NCBI GenBank assembly: GCA_016188605.1
Contig: JACPHP010000016.1
Span: 1-60,070, forward strand
DNA length: 60,070 nucleotides
From: Candidatus Spechtbacteria bacterium
GTDB taxonomy: Bacteria; Patescibacteriota; Minisyncoccia; Spechtbacterales; JACPHP01
Direction of reading: 5' to 3'
The position numbers and the translations under genes were made by a program. The notes under the pieces were generated by a model. The model saw only the letters and a list, made by a program, of their open reading frames with translations. It had not been told where the DNA came from and did no database searches. Positions within the stretch are counted from its first letter, which is position 1. Every line of letters begins with the position of its first letter. Positions 42,960-52,879 of the stretch are shown piece by piece.

Positions 42960-44153
42960 ATGGCAGAAAAATATCAGCGCACAAAACCTCATATAAACGT
43001 AGGCACAATCGGTCACGTTGACCACGGCAAGACTACACTAACAGCCGCGATTTTGAAGTACGCGCAGCTTAAAGGATGGACAGCATCCAAGAAAGGAATT
43101 AATGAAATTGACTCCGCGCCGGAGGAGCGCGCTCGTGGGATTACGATTGCATTGGCTCACGTTGAGTACGAGACATCTAATCGTCATTACGCGCACATTG
43201 ACGCTCCAGGACACGCGGATTACATTAAGAATATGATTACCGGCGCCGCGCAGATGGACGGCGCAATTTTGGTGGTATCAGCAGCAGACGGTCCAATGCC
43301 CCAGACTCGTGAGCACATACTTTTAGCTCGACAGGTAGGCGTGCCAAATATCATCGTATTCTTAAACAAAGTAGACCAGGTAGATGATCCAGAGCTTATA
43401 GAGCTTGTAGAAACAGAAATTCGTGAGCTTTTGAATAAATACGAATATGATGGCGAAAAAACTCCTATCATCAAGGGTTCAGCGCTCAATGCTTTGAGCG
43501 CGGCATCCGCAGATGACGCGGCGGCGTTGCCAATCGGCGAATTGCTCACTACAATGGACGAATACTTCCCACTGCCTGTACGCGAAACGGAAAAGCCGTT
43601 TCTAATGCCAGTTGAAGACATTTTTTCCATTGAAGGCCGCGGTACTGTTGTTACTGGTAAAATTGAGCGCGGTAAAATCAACATCAATCAGGAAGTTGAA
43701 ATCGTCGGCATTCGCCCAACGTCAAAGACAGTTGTCACTGGTATTGAAATGTTCAACAAACAACTCGATGAGGGTCTAGCTGGCGATAATGTTGGTTTGC
43801 TTTTGCGCGGTTTGAAGAAAGAAGACGTAGAACGCGGGCAGGTTATTGCCGCAACCGGCACAATCACACCGCATACGGAATTCACAGCACAAGTATATAT
43901 TCTCTCAAAAGAAGAAGGTGGCCGCCACACTCCGTTTTTCACTGGATACAAGCCGCAATTTTATTTCCGCACAACTGATGTTACCGGCGATGTAACCTTA
44001 CCTGAAGGCACCGAAATGGTTATGCCTGGCGATACCGTGTCGTTGAATGTTAAATTGGTTTCTCCTATAGGCATGGAGGAACAACAGCGATTTGCTATTC
44101 GTGAGGGAGGCCGCACAGTCGGCGCGGGTGCCGTAACAAAGATTTCCGCCTAA
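42960..44153 (+). CDS. tuf: elongation factor Tu
   Basis: [27 protein letters not shown] and NKVD. 397 aa. Confidence 0.99.
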   Translation: MAEKYQRTKPHINVGTIGHVDHGKTTLTAAILKYAQLKGWTASKKGINEIDSAPEERARGITIALAHVEYETSNRHYAHIDAPGHADYIKNMITGAAQMDGAILVVSAADGPMPQTREHILLARQVGVPNIIVFLNKVDQVDDPELIELVETEIRELLNKYEYDGEKTPIIKGSALNALSAASADDAAALPIGELLTTMDEYFPLPVRETEKPFLMPVEDIFSIEGRGTVVTGKIERGKININQEVEIVGIRPTSKTVVTGIEMFNKQLDEGLAGDNVGLLLRGLKKEDVERGQVIAATGTITPHTEFTAQVYILSKEEGGRHTPFFTGYKPQFYFRTTDVTGDVTLPEGTEMVMPGDTVSLNVKLVSPIGMEEQQRFAIREGGRTVGAGAVTKISA

Positions 44154-44196
44154 GTGTTAAATTACATTTTTTTGTAATTATATTAATTTTTCTGCA

Positions 44197-44595
44197 ATGA
44201 GCGCACAAACAACAAAAGGACAAAAAAAAACGCAAACTGTGGTACGAGCGGTCCACGAAGGCGGACGCGAAAGCGTGAAAACAGAAGAGGCTCACCAGCG
44301 ATTGCGCATCAAAATAAAAGCGTATGATCATAAAGTCATTGACTCAAGCGTGCGCCAGATTGTTGATACCGCAATGCGCTATGGCGCAGAGATGCGGGGT
44401 CCTATACCTCTTCCTACGGAATTCCACAAGTACACGGTTAATCGTTCCACTTTTATCCATAAGGACGCCAGAGAGCAGTTTGAAATGAGGATTCATAAAC
44501 GATTGCTTGACATTATCAACCCTTCTCCGCAAGTTATTGATTCTTTGATGGATCTGAACTTGCCGGCGGGTGTGGATATTGAGATAAAGATGTAA
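44197..44595 (+). CDS. rpsJ: 30S ribosomal protein S10 with a ~30-aa N-terminal extension
   Basis: [16 protein letters not shown]...IPLPT....TV.RS...HK..REQFE.R.HKRL. There is no internal start near the canonical N-terminus. Confidence 0.93.
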   Translation: MSAQTTKGQKKTQTVVRAVHEGGRESVKTEEAHQRLRIKIKAYDHKVIDSSVRQIVDTAMRYGAEMRGPIPLPTEFHKYTVNRSTFIHKDAREQFEMRIHKRLLDIINPSPQVIDSLMDLNLPAGVDIEIKM

Positions 44596-44700
44596 AAAAG
44601 TTAGGTTGAATTTATTAGTATTTAAACAAACTAAATGGTACACAATCGTTTAGTGCGATTATTTTCATTGTGATAAGCGCGATAAGATTTGCGTTAGCCG

Positions 44701-44740
44701 TTTTATAAAAAATCGGGGCTAGCCCCGATTTTTTATAAAA
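44701..44740. terminator. terminator-like hairpin between rpsJ and rplC
   Basis: ttttataaaaaatcggggc-ta-gccccgattttttataaaa, symmetric with A/T runs on both sides. Confidence 0.6.
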
Positions 44741-44753
44741 ATAAATTCTAGCC

Positions 44754-45365
44754 ATGAGTAAAATAATTTTGGGTACAAAACTCGGCATGAGCCAGATATT
44801 CACAGAGCAAGGACGTGTCATTCCCGTGACGCTTATTTCTTGTGGTCCATGCAAAGTTACCCAAACAAAGACCAAGGATAAGGATGGCTACAATGCAATG
44901 CAAGTTGGATTCGGCACCAAGAAAAAACTCTCACCGGCGATGAAGGGCCACTTGAAAGGATTGGAATTTTTCCGCTGGCTCCGCGAGCTTCGCTTGTCGG
45001 AAAACCAAGAGCCGACTGTCAAGCGTGGTGACGTGATAGATGTTTCTTCATTTGCAGAAAAAGAAGAGGTGAGTGTTACGGGAGTTTCTAAAGGAAAAGG
45101 TTTCCAGGGCGTAGTGAAGCGTTGGGGATTTGCGGGGCATTTTCACACACATGGAACTAAGAATACAGAACGCGCTCCAGGCGCAATAGGATCGGGATTT
45201 CCTCAGCACGTGCTAAAAGGCAGAAAAATGGCCGGTCGCATGGGCGGAGATCAGATGACGCGTCGCATGAAGATTGTAAAAGTTGACGCTAAAAACAATA
45301 TCCTTATGCTGGATGGGCCAGTGGCTGGTGTGGCAGGATCGTTAGTTGAGATTCGATCTAACTAA
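44754..45365 (+). CDS. rplC: 50S ribosomal protein L3
   Basis: ILGTKLGMSQIF..G...PVT and KGKGFQGVVKRWGF. Confidence 0.97.
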   Translation: MSKIILGTKLGMSQIFTEQGRVIPVTLISCGPCKVTQTKTKDKDGYNAMQVGFGTKKKLSPAMKGHLKGLEFFRWLRELRLSENQEPTVKRGDVIDVSSFAEKEEVSVTGVSKGKGFQGVVKRWGFAGHFHTHGTKNTERAPGAIGSGFPQHVLKGRKMAGRMGGDQMTRRMKIVKVDAKNNILMLDGPVAGVAGSLVEIRSN

Positions 45366-45375
45366 AATATAAATA

Positions 45376-45454
45376 TTGTCAACCGACAACCGCTTACCGA
45401 CAACCGTTTCGTTATTCGTTTGACAGTTAGCGGTCAGCGGTTGACGGTAGTCAA
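45376..45454. repeat. accgac-word hairpin spacer, copy 2
   Basis: Tandem accgacaaccgctt / accgacaaccgttt at 45382-45409. The right arm agttagcggtcagcggttgacggtagtcaa is at 45425-45454. Confidence 0.9.
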
Positions 45455-45466
45455 ATTGATTAACTT

Positions 45467-46159
45467 ATGAAACTTCCCTTATACACAATTGAAGGAAAAG
45501 AAAAAGGGACGGTAGAAGTACCAGATGCGATTTTTGGTGTGAGCGCAAGCTCTGATTTGCTTCACCAAGCAGTAAACGCGGCGCTAGCAAATTTGCGCAA
45601 GCCTTATGCTCATACGAAAGATCGTAGCGAAGTACGTGGCGGCGGTCGCAAGCCATGGAAGCAAAAAGGCACAGGCCGCGCTCGTCATGGATCAAGACGA
45701 TCTCCATTATGGGTTGGTGGAGGTGTTACGTTCGGCCCAAGCAAGGAAAAAGTTTTTGCGCAGAAGATTAATACCAAGATGAAGCAAAAGGCTTTATTCG
45801 GCGCATTATCATCAAAGATGATGGAAAACAACATTTTTATTGTAGAAAGTTTTACAACTCCGGAGGTAAAAACAAAGAAAGGGGTAGCTTTTTTGCAAGC
45901 GATTAAGTCTGTACGAGGCGCGGATAAGAAATTAGGAAAGGTGTTAATTTGGGGATCGATGGACGACAAAGAATTTCGCCGAATGTTTCGAAACATTGCA
46001 GGGGTTACCCCGCTCCGCATTGAGAATATAAATATTATTGATGTATTTAATCACGCGCATGTGATATTTTCAAAGTCGGCGCTTGATTTATTCATTACGC
46101 GATATGGCAATACTAGATTGGTTCAACCAAAAGCAGGAGCAGCAAAGGAAGCAGTCTAA
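45467..46159 (+). CDS. rplD: 50S ribosomal protein L4
   Basis: RGGGRKPWKQKGTGRARHGSRRSPLWVGGGVTFGP. Confidence 0.97.
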   Translation: MKLPLYTIEGKEKGTVEVPDAIFGVSASSDLLHQAVNAALANLRKPYAHTKDRSEVRGGGRKPWKQKGTGRARHGSRRSPLWVGGGVTFGPSKEKVFAQKINTKMKQKALFGALSSKMMENNIFIVESFTTPEVKTKKGVAFLQAIKSVRGADKKLGKVLIWGSMDDKEFRRMFRNIAGVTPLRIENINIIDVFNHAHVIFSKSALDLFITRYGNTRLVQPKAGAAKEAV

Positions 46160-46592
46160 GGGGGTACAATCCGAAAGGACAAAATCCTCAAAGGCAAGGC
46201 AGCCCAAGAAGCAAACTGCGCAGCAGACGGAAGTCGCTGAAAATAAAGAAGAGATAAAAAAGCCCCTAAAATTGGGGGAAGAAGTTGTTGGCGTAAAGAA
46301 CACGTTAACCGCAGGGTTCCAACATATTATTCATTCCGCATACATTACTGAAAAGACTACGAATATGCAGCCGATGGGTAAGTATGTATTTCGTATTTTC
46401 CCCACAGCAAATTCCACGCAAGTTGCAAATGCTATCAAGGCGATTTATAAAGTCCATGTGCGTAACGTGCATATTATAACTCTTCCCGAAAAGAGGGTGA
46501 GAAGAGGACGATACACTGCGACGCGCACGCGCTATCCGAAGGCAATCGTGACATTGAAGCAGGGCGAAACGATTGAAGTAGTACCAAATTAA
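46104..46592 (+). CDS. rplW: 50S ribosomal protein L23 with a ~70-aa Lys/Gln-rich N-terminal extension
   Basis: The C-terminal 95 aa are L23-like (YITEKT......KYVF.....ANSTQV..AI...Y.V.V..V). The start is uncertain (ATG 46104 or TTG 46083) and overlaps the rplD 3' end. Confidence 0.85.
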   Translation: MAILDWFNQKQEQQRKQSKGVQSERTKSSKARQPKKQTAQQTEVAENKEEIKKPLKLGEEVVGVKNTLTAGFQHIIHSAYITEKTTNMQPMGKYVFRIFPTANSTQVANAIKAIYKVHVRNVHIITLPEKRVRRGRYTATRTRYPKAIVTLKQGETIEVVPN

Positions 46593-46720
46593 AAAACTAA
46601 AATCTTAAATCTCAAACCTCAAATCTACAACTCAAATCTTAAATCTACGTAAGAAGTTTTGAGATTTTAGATTCAGTTTTGAGATTTGCCATTTGAGATT
46701 TGAGATAAAAAGTTAAATTT
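46593..46720. repeat. word-built hairpin spacer (aaatctcaaa words) at the non-canonical L23|L14 junction
   Basis: ctaaaatcttaaatctcaaacctcaaatctacaactcaaatcttaaatc pairs with gttttgagattttagattcagttttgagatttgccatttgagatttgag. Confidence 0.8.
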
Positions 46721-47086
46721 ATGATTCAGGCAGAAACAAAACTTAATGTAGCAGATAATACCGGAGCTAAAGAAATCCAGTGTTTTAAGGTACTGGGAGG
46801 TACTCGACGCCGCTACGCGCAGATAGGCGATATTATCGTTGCCGCAGTAAAAGTCGCGGAGCCGCGCCGAATCGTGAAGTTGCACGAAGTGGTAAAGGCT
46901 GTTATTGTGCGTCAGCGCACCCCATTCCGCCGCAAGGATGGTTCGTATATTCGTTTTGACGAGAATGCGGCAGTTATCCTAGACGGAAAAGAGCCTAAGG
47001 GAGGCCGTATATTCGGTCCTATTCCAAGGGAATTAAAGGAGCGTGGTTTTGATAAGATAGCATCGCTGGCGCCGGAATTGATATAA
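46721..47086 (+). CDS. rplN: 50S ribosomal protein L14
   Basis: [24 protein letters not shown] and IRFD.NA.V. Confidence 0.98.
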   Translation: MIQAETKLNVADNTGAKEIQCFKVLGGTRRRYAQIGDIIVAAVKVAEPRRIVKLHEVVKAVIVRQRTPFRRKDGSYIRFDENAAVILDGKEPKGGRIFGPIPRELKERGFDKIASLAPELI

Positions 47087-47089
47087 CAA

Positions 47090-47167
47090 CTATGAATAGT
47101 GAATCATGAATAGTGAATCATGCAGGTGTAGGTATTCATGATTCGTGATTCACTATTCAGTATTCAT
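47090..47167. repeat. word-built hairpin spacer (exact 14-nt tandem atgaatagtgaatc x2)
   Basis: Tandem units at 47092-47105 and 47106-47119, then ATGCAGG. The right arm is attcatgattcgtgattcactattcagtattcat. Confidence 0.9.
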
Positions 47168-47174
47168 TTAACCT

Positions 47175-47480
47175 ATGAAACTAAAAAAGGGAGACATAGT
47201 CGTAATCACGAAAGGAAAGGATCGTGGCAAAAAAGCGAAGATACTTCGCGCTTTTCCTTCTGTTGAAAAGATTATGGTTGAGGGCGTTAATATCCACAAG
47301 CGACATCGCCGCCGACGTTCACAGAGAGAAAAAGGGCAAATTATTTCTATGCCCGTGCCATTTTCTGTATCCAATGTAAAAATTGTATGCGGCAAGTGTA
47401 ATCGGGCGGCGCGCGTACAGTACCAAGGACACGGGAAAGAAAAAGTCCGGATATGCTCATCTTGCAGTGAAAAACTATGA
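47175..47480 (+). CDS. rplX: 50S ribosomal protein L24 with a C-terminal CxxC...CxxC motif
   Basis: KOW motif KLKKGDIVVITKGKDRGKKAKI. The C-terminus reads CGKCNRAARV..RICSSCS. Confidence 0.95.
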   Translation: MKLKKGDIVVITKGKDRGKKAKILRAFPSVEKIMVEGVNIHKRHRRRRSQREKGQIISMPVPFSVSNVKIVCGKCNRAARVQYQGHGKEKVRICSSCSEKL

Positions 47481-48052
47481 TAAATTATTCATTCCAAAAA
47501 CAGTATAAAGATGTCGTTATTCCTGTATTAAAGGAAGCTTTCGGATACAAAAATATTCAGAGCATTCCTCGTCTGGATCGCGCGGTGATTAATGTCGGCG
47601 TCGGAAGAATGCTTAATCAACGCAGCCAAGCCGGAGTTAAAAACGAGGATGCGATAAAAGATATTGTTAAAGCGCTTGCGTTAATTAGCGGGCAGAAGCC
47701 GATTATAGTGCGCTCAAAAAAATCAATTGCAGGATTTAAACTTCGCGCGGGAATGATTAGCGGTGTCAAGGTAACACTACGCAGATCTCGCGCCGAGGAG
47801 TTCTTGGGGAGATTGGCGCACGTCGCTTTGCCCAGAACGCGCGATTTCCGCGGCATTCGTCGATCGACCGTTGATCCATACGGCAACCTTACAATCGGCA
47901 TCAAAGAAAGTATTATTTTTCCAGAACTCGCAGAACTTACTAGCCATTTTGGTCTTGAGGTAACATTTGTTTCTACGGCAAAGACACGCGATGAAGCCTT
48001 CCTTTTATTTGAAAAGTTAGGCATTCCATTCCAAAAAGAAAAAGATAATTAA
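47477..48052 (+). CDS. rplE: 50S ribosomal protein L5
   Basis: Y.....P.L.E.F.YKN....PRLD..VINVGVG and RDFRG. Confidence 0.97.
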   Translation: MINYSFQKQYKDVVIPVLKEAFGYKNIQSIPRLDRAVINVGVGRMLNQRSQAGVKNEDAIKDIVKALALISGQKPIIVRSKKSIAGFKLRAGMISGVKVTLRRSRAEEFLGRLAHVALPRTRDFRGIRRSTVDPYGNLTIGIKESIIFPELAELTSHFGLEVTFVSTAKTRDEAFLLFEKLGIPFQKEKDN

Positions 48053-48068
48053 TCTTTATTAGGGTGGG

Positions 48069-48177
48069 GTTGACCCCGTTAGAGATGCAGGCATAAAACA
48101 AAATAAAGTACTTTATAGAATCCATTTAAATTTTTATCCTAAACCTATTTTCCACATTTATCTCTAACGGGGTTGAC
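48069..48177. repeat. inverted repeat spacer whose right arm carries the reused promoter core
   Basis: gttgaccccgttagagat (48069-48086, followed by ATGCAGG) pairs with atctctaacggggttgac (48160-48177). Confidence 0.8.
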
Positions 48178-48200
48178 TTAAATGTAATTTTCTGTAAAAC
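48114..48200 (+). promoter_or_regulatory. reused promoter cassette, copy 2: TTGACT-N16-TAAAAC; leaderless geometry for rpsN
   Basis: tatagaatccatttaaatttttatc..tttatctctaacggggTTGACT. -35 at 48173-48178 and -10 at 48195-48200. The ATG at 48208 lies 8 nt after the -10. Confidence 0.5.
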
Positions 48201-48207
48201 TTTTTCT

Positions 48208-48393
48208 ATGGCTAGAAAAGCCCTCATCAACAAAGCGCAAAGGACGCCAAAATTTTCAACTCGGCTTGTTCGACGATGTTTCCGTTGCGGAAGAAAAAAT
48301 TCATATATGAGAGATTTTAGATTGTGCAGAATTTGTTTCAGAGAGCTTGCAAATAGAGGAGAGCTCCCGGGTGTTAAAAAAGCTTCTTGGTAG
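48208..48393 (+). CDS. rpsN: 30S ribosomal protein S14, type Z (zinc)
   Basis: 61 aa with CFRCGR..........CRICFRE. Confidence 0.96.
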   Translation: MARKALINKAQRTPKFSTRLVRRCFRCGRKNSYMRDFRLCRICFRELANRGELPGVKKASW

Positions 48394-48458
48394 TGCCACA
48401 AAACGGCACTCGCGGACAACGCGGACTTAACGCAGAAATACGCAGAAAAATTAAATTT

Positions 48459-48653
48459 ATGGATATTCGTGAAACGAGACAAAAATCAATACCCGAACTA
48501 GAATCGCTTTTGAGAGAAAATCAGGCGCATTATCTTGATTTGCGATTTCGCGTGCAAGGAGGACGAGTGAAGAACGTTAACGAGATGCAGCGCGCGCGCA
48601 AGGATATCGCGCGATTATTTACTCTTCTGCGCCAAGCTACTCTAAAGAAATAA
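48459..48653 (+). CDS. rpmC: 50S ribosomal protein L29
   Basis: MDIRETRQKSIPELESLLRENQAHYLDLRF. The track ORF start at 48387 extends into the spacer. Confidence 0.9.
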   Translation: MDIRETRQKSIPELESLLRENQAHYLDLRFRVQGGRVKNVNEMQRARKDIARLFTLLRQATLKK

Positions 48654-48778
48654 TTTAGATTGTAAAATGTATATTCTAATACTTAAAAAGTAAAATAATT
48701 TGAAGCTCAGTATACAGTTGTAACTGTATACTGAGTGATGAATTTGCAACATCGCTTCGCTCTGGCAAATTCTATCAT

Positions 48779-49081
48779 ATGACAGCAACATTCCCCAAAA
48801 AATTTGAAGGAACCGTGGTGTCCAACTCAATGGATAAGACTGTTGTCGTGGAAGTGCGAATGTTGAAGCAGCATCCTAAATACAAAAAGTTCATGAAGCT
48901 GAGCAAACGCTATAAGGCGCACGATGATGGGAATATATATAAAGTAGGCCAGCGTGTTTCTATTGTTGAGGTGCGGCCAATATCTAAAGATAAGAAATGG
49001 AAAGTCCAAGAGCTTCTGTCAGATGTTAAAGAAATAGCAGAGGAGATCGGAGAAGTTAATGAAGAGATTGCATCATTATGA
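48779..49081 (+). CDS. rpsQ: 30S ribosomal protein S17
   Basis: FEGTVVSNSMDKTVVVEV......PKYKK......RYKAHD and V.I.E.RPISK.K.W. Confidence 0.95.
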   Translation: MTATFPKKFEGTVVSNSMDKTVVVEVRMLKQHPKYKKFMKLSKRYKAHDDGNIYKVGQRVSIVEVRPISKDKKWKVQELLSDVKEIAEEIGEVNEEIASL

Positions 49082-49905
49082 AATACCGCAAACCAACGTC
49101 ACCAGGACAACGCGGGATGGTCGTTTCAGACTTTTCCGACCTAATCAAGCCGAAAAGAAAAAAACGGCTTGTTGTTGCGCATCATCGTTTTGTTGGTCGC
49201 AGCAGAGGAAAGATAACAGTGCGCCATAAAGGTAGTGGCGCAAAGCGTTTATATCGTCTCGTTGATTTCAAGCAAGATAAATTTGATATTTCCGCGACAG
49301 TTTTGCATTTGGAATATGACCCCAATAGAAGCGCGCGCATCGCATTTGTTCAATACAAAGACGGCGAAAAAAGATATGTGCTTGCCACGCAAGACACAAA
49401 GCCGGGTGATGAAATAATGTCATCAGAAAAGAAGATCGCGCTTATAAACGGCAATCGTATGCCACTTAAACATATCACCATTGGAACGTTTGTGCACAAC
49501 ATTGAGTTGGGACATAATCGTGGAGGTATGCTTGCGCGTTCTGCGGGAGCGTATGGCAAAGTTGCGGCACAGGAAGGGGCATCAACGCATATTATAATGC
49601 CTTCATCTGAAGTGCGTATAATTCAAAATGACTGTTTGGCAACAGTTGGCGTGGCGTCCAACGCTTCGCATAGCGAAGAAGTAATAGGAAAAGCAGGTCG
49701 TAATCGCCACAAGGGAATTCGTCCGACTGTTCGTGGTACAGCAATGAACCCGGTTGATCATCCGCACGGAGGAGGTGAGGGCAGAGCGCCGATTGGCATG
49801 CCTCATCCAAAGACACCGTGGGGCAAGCCCGCGCTTGGCGTGAAGACGCGAGACAGACGGCGATATTCTAACAGGCTTATTGTTCAACGAAGAAGGAAGA
49901 AATAG
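49078..49905 (+). CDS. rplB: 50S ribosomal protein L2
   Basis: KPTSPGQRG and [15 protein letters not shown] 4-nt ATGA overlap with rpsQ. Confidence 0.98.
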   Translation: MKYRKPTSPGQRGMVVSDFSDLIKPKRKKRLVVAHHRFVGRSRGKITVRHKGSGAKRLYRLVDFKQDKFDISATVLHLEYDPNRSARIAFVQYKDGEKRYVLATQDTKPGDEIMSSEKKIALINGNRMPLKHITIGTFVHNIELGHNRGGMLARSAGAYGKVAAQEGASTHIIMPSSEVRIIQNDCLATVGVASNASHSEEVIGKAGRNRHKGIRPTVRGTAMNPVDHPHGGGEGRAPIGMPHPKTPWGKPALGVKTRDRRRYSNRLIVQRRRKK

Positions 49906-49908
49906 AAC

Positions 49909-50019
49909 TAAAGTTAAAAGTTAAAAGTCACAAGTTAAAAATTATAGTATGCCGCTTCGCGGCAATATATACATCCCCAAAGGGGATACCGACACTTTTA
50001 ACTTTTGACTTTACACTTT
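49909..50019. repeat. two-hairpin core module, copy a (aagttaaaagtcac-word arms)
   Basis: Core at 49941-49990: attatagtaTGCCGCttcGCGGCAatatatacATCCCCaaaGGGGATacc. Confidence 0.9.
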
Positions 50020-50033
50020 GTATTTTTTTAATT

Positions 50034-50342
50034 ATGTCACGATCACTGAAAAAAGGAGCATACGTAAATGAGAAGCTGATGAAAAAAATCGGCAAGCTTA
50101 GAGTTGGCGATAAAACCGTAATCAAGACGTGGTCGCGCTCCTCAACTATTACTCCTGAGATGATTGGATTGACTTTTGGAGTGCATAATGGCAAAGATCA
50201 TATTCCAGTGTATGTTACAGAAGACATGGTCGGACATAAGTTAGGTGAATTTTCCCCAACACGAAAGTTTGCGCGTCACGGAGGAAAAATGCAGAAAGAG
50301 ATTGAGGGTAAAGGAGTGGCACAGCCAGTAGCCAAAAAATAA
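50034..50342 (+). CDS. rpsS: 30S ribosomal protein S19
   Basis: [22 protein letters not shown] and VHNGK. Confidence 0.98.
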   Translation: MSRSLKKGAYVNEKLMKKIGKLRVGDKTVIKTWSRSSTITPEMIGLTFGVHNGKDHIPVYVTEDMVGHKLGEFSPTRKFARHGGKMQKEIEGKGVAQPVAKK

Positions 50343-50351
50343 TATTAAAAA

Positions 50352-50438
50352 TGTCTACCGACGACCGCTTACCGACTACAGCTCACAGCCATCAGACGAG
50401 TAATGGGCAGTTAGCGGTCAGCGGTTGACGGTAGTCAA
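50352..50438. repeat. accgac-word hairpin spacer, copy 3
   Basis: tgtctaccgacgaccgcttaccgac pairs with agttagcggtcagcggttgacggtagtcaa (50409-50438). Confidence 0.9.
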
Positions 50439-50450
50439 TTAATTGGATTT

Positions 50451-50801
50451 ATGCCAACAGCAACAGCAAAACTTTCTTATATGCACATCGCGCCTCGCAA
50501 GGTGCGGCTTGTTGCTGATGTTATTCGTGGCATGCGTGTTGATCGAGCGGAAGAGCAGTTACGTTTTTCACGTAAACGCGCGGCCCACGATATTTTGAAG
50601 CTTTTGAAGTCTGCCCAGGCAAACGCAAGGGGATCGGAAAAAGATGTAAAAAATCCCGCACCCCTGTATGTGCGAAGTATTGTTGTTGAACAGGGTCCGG
50701 CATACAAGCGTTATCATCCGCAATCGCGAGGCCGCGCGGCATTGATTAAAAAGATAACCAGCCATGTGAAAATTGAATTGGCTGAAAAGGAAACTAAATA
50801 A
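50451..50801 (+). CDS. rplV: 50S ribosomal protein L22
   Basis: I.PRKVRLVADVIRG..V..A...L.FS.K.AA. Confidence 0.97.
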   Translation: MPTATAKLSYMHIAPRKVRLVADVIRGMRVDRAEEQLRFSRKRAAHDILKLLKSAQANARGSEKDVKNPAPLYVRSIVVEQGPAYKRYHPQSRGRAALIKKITSHVKIELAEKETK

Positions 50802-50896
50802 AGTTAAAAGTCACAAGTTAAAAATTATAGTATGCCTCTTCGCGGCAATATATACATCCCCAAAGGGGATACCGACACTTTTAACTTTTGACTTTA
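50802..50896. repeat. two-hairpin core module, copy b
   Basis: Core at 50824-50873, with stem TGCCTC/GCGGCA (a U.G pair in the sense strand). Confidence 0.9.
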
Positions 50897-50919
50897 AATT
50901 TTACACTCGCAGTAAACTT

Positions 50920-51645
50920 ATGGCACACAAAGTTCACCCCACATCATTTAGACTCGGTATTTTAACGGAATGGAAGTCACGTTGGTTTAGCGCGCGCGGA
51001 TATCAAGATAATTTGCAAGAAGAAATATACATTCGTGAGAAATTAGTGAAACAATTGCGCAGTGCCAGCATAGATAAGATTGAATTTGAACGGTCTGGAA
51101 ACAAACTTTCTGTTATTATACATACGGCTCGCCCAGGGCTTATTATTGGTCGCGGGGGCGCTGGCGCGGATGATTTACGCGCATCAATAGTGAAGATGAT
51201 ACGCGCCACTCGCTTGGTTAATAAGCCGGAAAAAGGTATAAATAAATCTACACATCATCGCGAAGACAAAAAAGAAGTAGAGCAGCCGAAGCGTCTACCC
51301 GAAGTTCGCGTTGAGATTCGCGAAGTACGACAACCCGAACTTTACGCGGCCCTTGTTGGTCAAGGTATCGCAGAGCAGCTAGAAAAACGCATGCCTTTCC
51401 GACGTGTAATTAAGCGAACATTGGATCGCGTGATGATGAATAAAGCCGTACAAGGCGCGAAGATTATGGTTAAGGGTCGTCTTGATGGTTCTGAAATGGC
51501 GCGCAGAGAGTTGGTTAGAGCTGGCCGTCTCCCTTTACAAAAGCTCCGCGCTGATATAGATTATGCTCACACCATTGCGTATACTACGTACGGTGTTATT
51601 GGCGTGACAGTGTGGATTTATCGAGGAGATAAGCTGGAGAAATAA
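50920..51645 (+). CDS. rpsC: 30S ribosomal protein S3
   Basis: MAHKVHPTSFRLGI...W.S.WF with a KH domain. The track ORF start at 50773 reads through the repeat. Confidence 0.96.
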   Translation: MAHKVHPTSFRLGILTEWKSRWFSARGYQDNLQEEIYIREKLVKQLRSASIDKIEFERSGNKLSVIIHTARPGLIIGRGGAGADDLRASIVKMIRATRLVNKPEKGINKSTHHREDKKEVEQPKRLPEVRVEIREVRQPELYAALVGQGIAEQLEKRMPFRRVIKRTLDRVMMNKAVQGAKIMVKGRLDGSEMARRELVRAGRLPLQKLRADIDYAHTIAYTTYGVIGVTVWIYRGDKLEK

Positions 51646-51646
51646 T

Positions 51647-51762
51647 AAATTCAAAATGCAAATCTTAAATCTCAAAATTATGGTGTGCCGCGGAGCGGCA
51701 CTATATACATTCCCCAAAGGGGATACCAAAGTTTTGCATTTTGAGATTTAAGTTTTGAGATT
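51647..51762. repeat. two-hairpin core module, copy c (caaaatgcaaatc-word arms)
   Basis: Core at 51677-51727: attatggtGTGCCGCggaGCGGCACtatatacatTCCCCaaaGGGGAtacc. Confidence 0.9.
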
Positions 51763-51767
51763 GAAAT

Positions 51768-52181
51768 ATGTTAGTCCCAAAGAAGGTAAAACATCGTAAA
51801 TGGACAAAGGGCCATCATCGTACGGCGATAGATTCGCGTGGCACGACGCTTAGTTTTGGTTCTTACGGTCTGCAAGTCAAGGAAGGCCATGGGCGTGTTA
51901 CGAGCCGTCAGATTGAAGCTGTGCGCCGCGTGTTTACACGCGCGATGAAAAAAGGAGGAAAAGTGTGGATCCGTATTTTCCCAGATCGGCCAATAACTAA
52001 GAAAGGAGTGGAGGTTCCGATGGGCGGAGGAAAGGGTTCGGTAGAGCATTATGTGGCGGACGTTGGTCCGGGACGCATTTTGTTTGAGATTGATGGAATA
52101 ACTCCCGATGTCGCAAAAGAAACAATGCGGCTTGCAGGATTCAAGCTGTCGGTGCGGACACGGATGATTACTAGAGAGTAA
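51768..52181 (+). CDS. rplP: 50S ribosomal protein L16
   Basis: MLVPKKVKHRK...G, with the G.YGL pattern and RQIEA.RR. Confidence 0.98.
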   Translation: MLVPKKVKHRKWTKGHHRTAIDSRGTTLSFGSYGLQVKEGHGRVTSRQIEAVRRVFTRAMKKGGKVWIRIFPDRPITKKGVEVPMGGGKGSVEHYVADVGPGRILFEIDGITPDVAKETMRLAGFKLSVRTRMITRE

Positions 52182-52287
52182 AAGTTAGTTAAAAGTTAAA
52201 AGTCACAAGTTAAAAATTATAGTATGTCGCTTCGCGGCAATATATACATCCCCAAAGGGGATACCGACACTTTTAACTTTTGACTTT
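52182..52287. repeat. two-hairpin core module, copy d, at the non-canonical L16|L6 junction
   Basis: Core at 52216-52265, with stem TGTCGC/GCGGCA (a U.G pair in the sense strand). Confidence 0.9.
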
Positions 52288-52308
52288 AAATTTTACACTT
52301 ATTTAATT

Positions 52309-52851
52309 ATGTCACGAATTGGCAAACAACATATTACGTTACCAAAAAATGTCACGATCGAACAAAACGACCGTGTTTTGAATATAAGCGGGCCGCGGGG
52401 CGCGCTTTCCATAATACTAACCAATGAGGTTGAAGTAAGAAATGAGAATGGCGTATATATTGTTGGGCTTTCTAGCAATGAACTAAATAAAAAAAGCGTA
52501 TCTTTATGGGGGCTTACAAAACGCTTAATTGAAAATGCCGCGAAAGGAGTAAGTGAAGGGTTTAGTAAGAAAATGTTTATTGAAGGTGTTGGCTACCGGG
52601 CAGAAATACAGGGGAAAGATTTAGTGTTGAGTTTGGGATTCTCTCATCCGGTTCGCATTTCTGCTCCAGAAGGAATACAATTCAATGTTGATAAAAACAC
52701 ACTTACTGTTTCGGGGAACGATAAATATCTAGTTGGGCAGGTTGCGGCAAATATCCGCGTGTATCGAAAGCCAGAACCATATAAAGGAAAGGGTATTCGT
52801 TATGAGGGCGAACGCGTTCGTCGCAAGGCTGGTAAGAAAGCGGCTGCGTAA
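52309..52851 (+). CDS. rplF: 50S ribosomal protein L6
   Basis: MSRIGKQ.I.LP..V and PEPYKGKGIRY. Confidence 0.97.
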   Translation: MSRIGKQHITLPKNVTIEQNDRVLNISGPRGALSIILTNEVEVRNENGVYIVGLSSNELNKKSVSLWGLTKRLIENAAKGVSEGFSKKMFIEGVGYRAEIQGKDLVLSLGFSHPVRISAPEGIQFNVDKNTLTVSGNDKYLVGQVAANIRVYRKPEPYKGKGIRYEGERVRRKAGKKAAA

Positions 52852-52879
52852 TTGATTTTAATTATTTGAACAAAGATTT

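Noticed and set aside
50773-50919. N-terminal extensions in the ORF track for S3 (50773), S8 (53349), L15 (54499), SecY (55079), L29 (48387), Adk2 (58370) and Map (59089)
   Set aside because: These extensions start at TTG or GTG codons and read through the spacer repeats. Canonical N-termini begin at internal ATGs that match orthologue starts.
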